From positions 2,016,001-2,080,000 of the forward strand of contig OZ253470.1 of NCBI GenBank assembly GCA_965261735.1: 64,000 bases of DNA, given 5' to 3'. Each line of letters begins with the position of its first letter. The first letter of the stretch is position 1. The DNA is from Alphaproteobacteria bacterium (GTDB lineage: Bacteria > Pseudomonadota > Alphaproteobacteria > SHVV01). Below, one piece after another: positions 58,026 through 64,000 of the stretch. Both the position numbers and the translations under genes were made by a program. Below the pieces are notes generated by a model. That model worked only from the letters and a program-made list of their open reading frames with translations, was not told the origin of the DNA and made no database searches.

Positions 58026-59630
58026 ATGGCACAGCGGCTCAAATTCTGGGGCTGGGGATACGAAAACGAACGGCTGAGCGCAGCCGAGGAGGGCAGGCTC
58101 GCGGCGTTCTATGGCGAGCGCCTGGGAGCGGGCGACGCCGAGCCCCTGCCGGTGCCCGAGGTCGACGACATCGCGCTCGCGCCGCCGCGGCTTGCGCCGC
58201 CCGCCGCGCTCGCCGCGATGTGCTCGAGCGATCCTTACGAGCGCCTGCTCCACACCTACGGCAAGTCGTTTCCCGACACCGTGCGCATCTTCGACAAGGA
58301 TTTCGCCAACGCGCCCGATGTCGTCGCCTACCCGCGCGACGATGGCGGCGTGGCCGCGATCCTCGACTGGGCCACCTCGGCCAACGCGGCCGTCATCCCC
58401 TTCGGCGGCGGCAGCAGTGTCGTCGGCGGCGTCGAGCCGGCCGTCGGCGACGGCTACGCCGGGACCATCAGCCTCGACGTCAAGCGGCTCGACCGCGTAC
58501 TCGAGATCGACCCCATGAGCCGGGCCGCGCGCATCCAGGCCGGCATCATGGGGCCGGCCCTCGAAGCGGCGCTCCGTCCCCACGATTTGACCCTGCGCCA
58601 CTTCCCACAGAGCTTCCAGTACTCGACGCTGGGCGGCTGGATCGCGACGCGCTTGGGCGGGCATTTCGCGATGCTCTACACGCACATCGATGATTTCGTC
58701 GAGAGCCTGCGCCTGGTGTGTCCGGCCGGCATCCTGGAGAGCCGCCGGCTGCCGGGCTCGGGCGCGGGGCCCAGCCCCGACCGGCTGGCGATAGGCTCGG
58801 AAGGCGCGCTCGGCGTGATCACCGAGGCATGGATGCGGCTACAGGCGCGGCCCACCTTTCGGGCGCGCGCCAGCGTCCGCTTTGCGAGCTTCGGGGCCGG
58901 CGCAGCCGCGGTGCGGGCGCTCAGCCAAAGCGGACTCTATCCGTCGAACCTGAGGCTCCTGGACCCGCTCGAGGCCGAGATCACCGGCGCCGGCGGGGGC
59001 GGGCAGGCGCTGCTGGTGCTGGCCTTCGAATCGGCCGATCATCCAGTCGAGGCGTGGTTGGAGCGGGCGCTCGTCATCGCCGCCGATCACGGCGGCTCTG
59101 CCGATGATGACGGCGCGGCCGACGAGGGCGGACGCGAGAGCGGTGCCGGGGCGTGGCGCGAGGCGTTTCTCCGCATGCCCTACTACCGCGAGTACCTCAC
59201 CGCCATCGCCGCGCTCAACTTCACCTTCGAGACCGCCATCACCTGGCAGCGCTTCGCGCCCTTCCACGAGGCGGTCATGGCGGCGGCGGCGGACGCGATC
59301 GCCGAGGCCACCGGGGCGCCGGGCCTCGTCACCTGCCGCTTCACGCACGTCTACCCCGACGGTCCCGCGCCCTATTTCACCGTTCACGCGCGCGGCCGCC
59401 ACGGCGCATTGCTCGAGCAGTGGCAACACATCAAGGACAGGGTGTCGGACGCCGTCATCGCCGGCGTCGGCACCATCACGCACCATCACGCCGTCGGACG
59501 CGATCACATGAAATGGTATGCGCGGCAGCGCCCACAGTTGTTCGGCACCGCACTCACCGCCGCCAAGGCCGCCCTCGATCCGACCGGCATTCTCAATCCC
59601 GGCGTGCTGGCGGGCGGGCGCGAGGCGTGA
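58026..59630 (+). CDS. FAD-linked oxidoreductase, alkyl-DHAP synthase-like
   Basis: KFWGWG, PFGGGSSVVGG, HFPQSFQYSTLGGW, GSEG, HVYPDG, HHHAVG. Confidence 0.88.
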   Translation: MAQRLKFWGWGYENERLSAAEEGRLAAFYGERLGAGDAEPLPVPEVDDIALAPPRLAPPAALAAMCSSDPYERLLHTYGKSFPDTVRIFDKDFANAPDVVAYPRDDGGVAAILDWATSANAAVIPFGGGSSVVGGVEPAVGDGYAGTISLDVKRLDRVLEIDPMSRAARIQAGIMGPALEAALRPHDLTLRHFPQSFQYSTLGGWIATRLGGHFAMLYTHIDDFVESLRLVCPAGILESRRLPGSGAGPSPDRLAIGSEGALGVITEAWMRLQARPTFRARASVRFASFGAGAAAVRALSQSGLYPSNLRLLDPLEAEITGAGGGGQALLVLAFESADHPVEAWLERALVIAADHGGSADDDGAADEGGRESGAGAWREAFLRMPYYREYLTAIAALNFTFETAITWQRFAPFHEAVMAAAADAIAEATGAPGLVTCRFTHVYPDGPAPYFTVHARGRHGALLEQWQHIKDRVSDAVIAGVGTITHHHAVGRDHMKWYARQRPQLFGTALTAAKAALDPTGILNPGVLAGGREA

Positions 59631-59713
59631 GCGCGCGCGGCGGCGAATTCATCATTGGTGTTGCGCCGGTGACGCGCTAGCCTGACCCTAGGGTGCCCGC
59701 GTAGAGGAGTCCC

Positions 59714-60733
59714 ATGACGCGCATAGAACGCGCCAACGGCCGGCGTCCCGGCGGGCTATCGCAGCTCCTGCAGCCGGACCTGAAGTCGGCCCCACGGCCC
59801 AAGCCCGAGGACCTGCGTTTCGATCTCGATGAGCTGCTCGCCGCGGTGGTCGCGCTCACGGCCGAGGTGCCCTCGGACGCCTATACGGCGCCCATGCTCG
59901 GCACCGAGCGCGAGGGCAACGGGGTCGTCATCGACGACAGCGGGCTCGTGCTCACCATCGGCTACCTGATCGTCGAGGCGAGCGAGGTCAATCTCACCGC
60001 CGCGGACGGCCGCTCGGTCCCGGCCGAGGTCATCGCCTACGACTACGATACGGGCTTCGGCCTGCTGCGCGCGCTGTCACCGCTCGACGTGACACCCATG
60101 GCCTTCGGAACCACCTCGGCGGTTGCGCCCGGCGACTCCGTCATCGTCGCGGCCCATGGCGGATCGGGCCAGGCGATCGTCGCCCGCATCGTCGCCAAAC
60201 GGGAGTTCGCCGGGTATTGGGAGTACATGCTCGACGAGGCGGTCTTCACGGCGCCGCCCCACCCGAGCTGGAGCGGCGCCGCGCTGATCGGCGACGACGG
60301 CAGCCTGCTCGGCACGGGATCGCTCTATCTCGAGGAGGCCCGGCCCGGGAGTACGCCGGTTCCGGGCAACATGTTCGTGCCCATCGACCTGCTACCGGCG
60401 ATCCTACCGGACATGTTGGCCACCGGCCGGGTCAGCCGCGACTCACGCCCCTGGCTCGGCGTCTTCGTGACCGAGGCGTATGGCCAGCTCATGGTCAGCG
60501 CGGTCGCCCCCGGGGGGCCGGCCGATCGCACCGGCATGCGCGCCGGCGATTCGATTCTGCGGGTCGCGGGCGCCCACGTTGCCGATCTTGCCGAGATGTA
60601 CCGCAAGATCTGGAGCCGTGGCGGCGCCGGCGTCGATGTCCCGCTTACGGTGCTGCGCGACGGCAACGCCTTCGAGTTGGTGATCCGCTCGACCGACCGC
60701 TACGCGCTCCTCAAGCTACGCCAGCGCCACTAG
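59714..60733 (+). CDS. S1C trypsin-like protein with PDZ domain
   Basis: GNGVVI, LTIGYLI, TGFGLLR, WSGAAL, RPWLG, GMRAGD. Confidence 0.85.
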   Translation: MTRIERANGRRPGGLSQLLQPDLKSAPRPKPEDLRFDLDELLAAVVALTAEVPSDAYTAPMLGTEREGNGVVIDDSGLVLTIGYLIVEASEVNLTAADGRSVPAEVIAYDYDTGFGLLRALSPLDVTPMAFGTTSAVAPGDSVIVAAHGGSGQAIVARIVAKREFAGYWEYMLDEAVFTAPPHPSWSGAALIGDDGSLLGTGSLYLEEARPGSTPVPGNMFVPIDLLPAILPDMLATGRVSRDSRPWLGVFVTEAYGQLMVSAVAPGGPADRTGMRAGDSILRVAGAHVADLAEMYRKIWSRGGAGVDVPLTVLRDGNAFELVIRSTDRYALLKLRQRH

Positions 60734-60744
60734 TCATTGTTCGT

Positions 60745-60835
60745 CCCCTCCCCCCCCCAACCCGGGGAGGGGGGTGTCGCGCGATGTCGAGTTTTTGGCC
60801 CTTCCCCTTGATGGCGGAGGGTTGGGTGGGGGTGA
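60745..60835. repeat. REP-like CCCCTCCCC...GGGGAGGGG palindromic element between convergent genes
   Basis: Two C-rich/G-rich hairpin units. Confidence 0.55.
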
Positions 60836-60859
60836 AACCGGGATTTACGCTCGCAAGCG

Positions 60860-61888
60860 CTAGGCCTGGGCGGTCCAGGTCGGGCCGCGGCGCAGCAGGG
60901 CGTTGAGGTCGCCGTTCGGCCGCTGCGTCGTGACCTCGGCGATCTGCTGCGCCACCGCGGCTTCGTAGCTCGGCGCCGGATCGCAATACAGGACGCCGAG
61001 CGCAACCGGGAAATCGGGCGGCTCCATCGCGGCCAGGATCGAGGCCAGCGCCCGGTCGGTCTCGTCGTGCTTCATCAGGTCGCTCTCGCTCGCGCCGCCC
61101 GCGCCGAGGTCGACGACCTCGAGCGCCAGCGCTCCGGGCTTGAGCCGCAGCCCGTGCTCGCCCTCGGCACCGAAGACGAGAGGCTGGCCGTGCTCCAGGT
61201 GGATTTGGGCATTGGCGGCGACGTCACGCTGGGTGAAGTCGTCGAACACGCCGTCGTTGTAGACGATGCAGTTCTGGAAAATCTCGACGAAGGAAGCGCC
61301 GCGATGATCGCGGGCCCGCTTGAACAGCTGAGGCAAGCGCTTTTGCAGCGTGTCGACGCCGCGGGCGACGAAGCGGGCGCCGGCGCCAAGCGCGAACTGC
61401 GCCGCCGATACCGGGTTCTCGACCGAGCCGATCGGCGTCGAGGGCGAGCGGGTGCCGGCGCGCGAGGTCGGCGAGTACTGACCCTTGGTCAGGCCGTAGA
61501 CCTCGTTGTTGAACAGCAGGATCTGGAGGTCGACGTTGCGCCGCAACACGTGCAGCAGATGGTTGCCGCCGATGCTGAGCGCATCGCCATCGCCACTCAC
61601 GACCCAGACGTCGAGGTCGGGGTTGGCGAGCTTGACGCCGGTGGCGACCGCGGGCGCGCGGCCGTGGATGGTGTGAAAGCCGTAAGTCGACAGGTAGTAG
61701 GGGAAGCGCGCGGCGCAGCCGATGCCCGATACGAACACCGTGTTTTCGCGCGCCGCCTCGACTTCGGCGAGCGTGTTCAGCATGGCCTTGAGGATCGCGT
61801 AGTCGCCGCACCCGGGGCACCAGCGGACCTCTTGATCGGACGCGTAGTCCTTGGGCGTCAGTTTTTCGAGCGGTGTCACAACGTTCAT
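60860..61888 (-). CDS. 2-oxoacid:ferredoxin oxidoreductase beta subunit
   Basis: WCPGCGD, SGIGC, HTIHGR, GDGD...NNEVYGLTKGQYSPT. Confidence 0.95.
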   Translation of the reverse strand: MNVVTPLEKLTPKDYASDQEVRWCPGCGDYAILKAMLNTLAEVEAARENTVFVSGIGCAARFPYYLSTYGFHTIHGRAPAVATGVKLANPDLDVWVVSGDGDALSIGGNHLLHVLRRNVDLQILLFNNEVYGLTKGQYSPTSRAGTRSPSTPIGSVENPVSAAQFALGAGARFVARGVDTLQKRLPQLFKRARDHRGASFVEIFQNCIVYNDGVFDDFTQRDVAANAQIHLEHGQPLVFGAEGEHGLRLKPGALALEVVDLGAGGASESDLMKHDETDRALASILAAMEPPDFPVALGVLYCDPAPSYEAAVAQQIAEVTTQRPNGDLNALLRRGPTWTAQA

Positions 61889-61889
61889 G

Positions 61890-63761
61890 TCAACTCTCCG
61901 AGCGGGCGCGGATCGCGGCCTCGATTTCCGAGATCTTGAAGGGCTGCCCCGCAACCTTGTTCAATCCTTCCGCGGCCAGCAGGTACTCCGCTCGCAGCAC
62001 GGTCACGAGCTGGCCCTTGTTCATCTCCGGCACCAGGATCTTGTCGAAGCCGGCCAACAGCTCGCCCAGATTGCGCGGCAGCGGCCACATGTGACGTAGG
62101 TGTATTTGCGAGACCTCGACGCCCGTCGCGCGCGTGTTGCTCACGGCGCGGCTGATCGGGCCGTAGGTCGACCCCCATCCGACGACAACAAGCGGGCCGC
62201 TCGCTTCGCCCTGCTCCACCGCCTGCAGGGGGATATCCTCGGCGATGCCGGCGATCTTGGCGGCGCGCACGTCGGTCATGCGCTGGTGGTTGATGGGGTC
62301 GTACGAGATGTGCCCTGTGTCGAAGTCCTTCTCGATGCCGCCGATGCGATGCTCGAGCCCCGGCGTGCCGGGCACGGCCCACACGCGCGCGAGCGTCTCG
62401 TCATCACGCAGGAAGGGGTGAAAACCCTCGGGTTCGGTGCGGAACGTGACCGGCATCGGCGCGAGCTGGTCGATATCGGGAATGAGCCAGGGCTCGGCCG
62501 CATTGGCGATATAGCCATCGCTCAGCAGGAACACCGGGGTCATGTACTTGGTCGCGAGCCGCACCGCCTCGATGGCGGTGTCGAAGCAGTCGGCCGGCGA
62601 GCGCGCGGCGAGCACGGCGACCTGGATGTCGGCGTTACGGCCGTAGATCGCCTGGTAGAGGTCGGATTGCTCGGTCTTGGTCGGCATCCCGGTGGAGGGG
62701 CCGGCGCGCTGTGAGTTGACGATGACGAGCGGTAGCTCCGCGGTGGCGGCGAGCCCTATGCCTTCGGTCTTGAGCGCGACGCCGGGGCCGGAGCTCGAGG
62801 TCACGCCGAGCGAACCGGCGTAGGAGGCGCCGATCGCCGCGCACACCGCGGCGATCTCGTCTTCGGCCTGAAAGGTGATGACGCCGTAGTTCTTGAGGGT
62901 CGCGAGCGCGTGCAGGATGGTCGAGGCGGGCGTGATCGGGTAGGAGGCGAACACGAGCTGCAGGTCCGCCAGATGCGATGCCGTCACCAGGCCCCAAGCG
63001 AGCGCCTCCGACCCGGTCACCGTACGGTAGAGGCCGGGCGCGATCTCGGCCGGCGGCACCGTGTAGCCGCTGATGTCGCCAAGCTCCGCCGTCTCGCCGA
63101 AGGCATGGCCCGCATTGAGCGCGGCGACGTTGGCCGCCGCCAGCTCGCCCCGCGCGCCGAACTTCTGGTTGAGCCAGTCCACGGTCGACTGCCGATCGCG
63201 GTCGTACATCCAGTACACCAGCCCCAGCGTCCACATGTTCTTGCAGCGCAACGACTCCTTCTGCGACAGGCCGAATTCCTTGACCGCCTCGAGCGTCTGC
63301 TTGGAGACATCGAGCTCGATGGTCTGGTATCGTTTCAGGGTGCCGTCCTCGAGCGGGTTGCCGGTGAACCCCGCCTTCTTGAAGTTCTTGTCGGTGAAGG
63401 TGCCGCTATCGAGGATCACCAGCCCGCCTGCCTTGACGTCGCGCAGGTTGACCTTGAGGGCCGCCGGGTTCATCGCCACGAGCACGTCGGGCGTATCGCC
63501 CGAGGTCATGATGCGGTGGGCACCGAAATTGATCTGGAACGCGGAGACGCCGTAGGTCGTGCCCACGGGCGCCCTGATCTCTGCCGGAAAGTCGGGGAAC
63601 GTGCCGAGATCGTTGCCCGCCAACGCCGTCGCCTGGGTGAACTGGCTGCCGGTGAGCTGCATGCCGTCGCCGGAGTCTCCGGCGAAGCGAATGACGACCG
63701 ATTCGAGACTCTGCCGGAACGCTTCTACCGGCGCGTGCTTGACTGCGGTGGTGGTTGCCAT
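61890..63761 (-). CDS. 2-oxoacid:acceptor oxidoreductase alpha subunit (fused gamma domain)
   Basis: FAGDSGDGMQLTG, AEIR, YPITPAS, QAEDEIA, QRAGPSTGMPT, PEMN. Confidence 0.95.
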   Translation of the reverse strand: MATTTAVKHAPVEAFRQSLESVVIRFAGDSGDGMQLTGSQFTQATALAGNDLGTFPDFPAEIRAPVGTTYGVSAFQINFGAHRIMTSGDTPDVLVAMNPAALKVNLRDVKAGGLVILDSGTFTDKNFKKAGFTGNPLEDGTLKRYQTIELDVSKQTLEAVKEFGLSQKESLRCKNMWTLGLVYWMYDRDRQSTVDWLNQKFGARGELAAANVAALNAGHAFGETAELGDISGYTVPPAEIAPGLYRTVTGSEALAWGLVTASHLADLQLVFASYPITPASTILHALATLKNYGVITFQAEDEIAAVCAAIGASYAGSLGVTSSSGPGVALKTEGIGLAATAELPLVIVNSQRAGPSTGMPTKTEQSDLYQAIYGRNADIQVAVLAARSPADCFDTAIEAVRLATKYMTPVFLLSDGYIANAAEPWLIPDIDQLAPMPVTFRTEPEGFHPFLRDDETLARVWAVPGTPGLEHRIGGIEKDFDTGHISYDPINHQRMTDVRAAKIAGIAEDIPLQAVEQGEASGPLVVVGWGSTYGPISRAVSNTRATGVEVSQIHLRHMWPLPRNLGELLAGFDKILVPEMNKGQLVTVLRAEYLLAAEGLNKVAGQPFKISEIEAAIRARSES

Positions 63762-64000
63762 GGTTGAGAAAAATGGTCCTCCGAGCCTGCTTCGCCGACC
63801 TCCCCAGGCGGCGTGAAACGAGGCAAAACTGTCTTTACTGGCGCCGGGGCGGTCACTCGACCGCGGCCCGATGCCGCGCCGGTGCCCTTAATACAAAACG
63901 TGGGCCCAGGCTGATAGGACGCCCGTCACCACCAACCCAGGAACGCCACGACAACCGGGACTTTGCCCTCGGCGCAGGCCGCTACGGAACCCAAGGCCCC

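Noticed and set aside
1-64000. CRISPR array or cas genes
   Set aside because: No regularly spaced repeat-spacer series and no Cas motifs seen

Overview
A high-GC alphaproteobacterial chromosomal segment, probably Rhodospirillales-like (inferred from the rpoH-rluD, cnoX-LON-N-trm112, MucR and psp gene content). Core genes are interrupted by two decayed islands next to tRNA-Glu(CTC) and tRNA-Gly(GCC). These hold IS256, two IS1595 elements and a truncated IS21. One IS1595 is complete, with an 8-bp target duplication and a passenger gene. The window is unusually rich in small deletions, tandem micro-duplications and frameshifted genes, which suggests genome erosion or assembly error. The strongest candidate for an undescribed system is a MucR/Ros silencer gene with a tandem paralog. 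The paralog keeps only the MucR oligomerisation domain and has a transmembrane helix in place of the zinc finger, so it could be a membrane-tethered anti-silencer; it lies downstream of a broken SEL1-repeat gene. Other leads are a candidate anti-Shine-Dalgarno sRNA whose 5' hairpin is also a perfect CRP box, a divergent nucleotidyl cyclase / pseudokinase / membrane protein module, a repeat-flanked low-GC insertion duplicating the 5' end of an acyltransferase gene, and a psp locus missing the pspF start and promoter. All assignments come from motif recognition by eye; no database searches were run.
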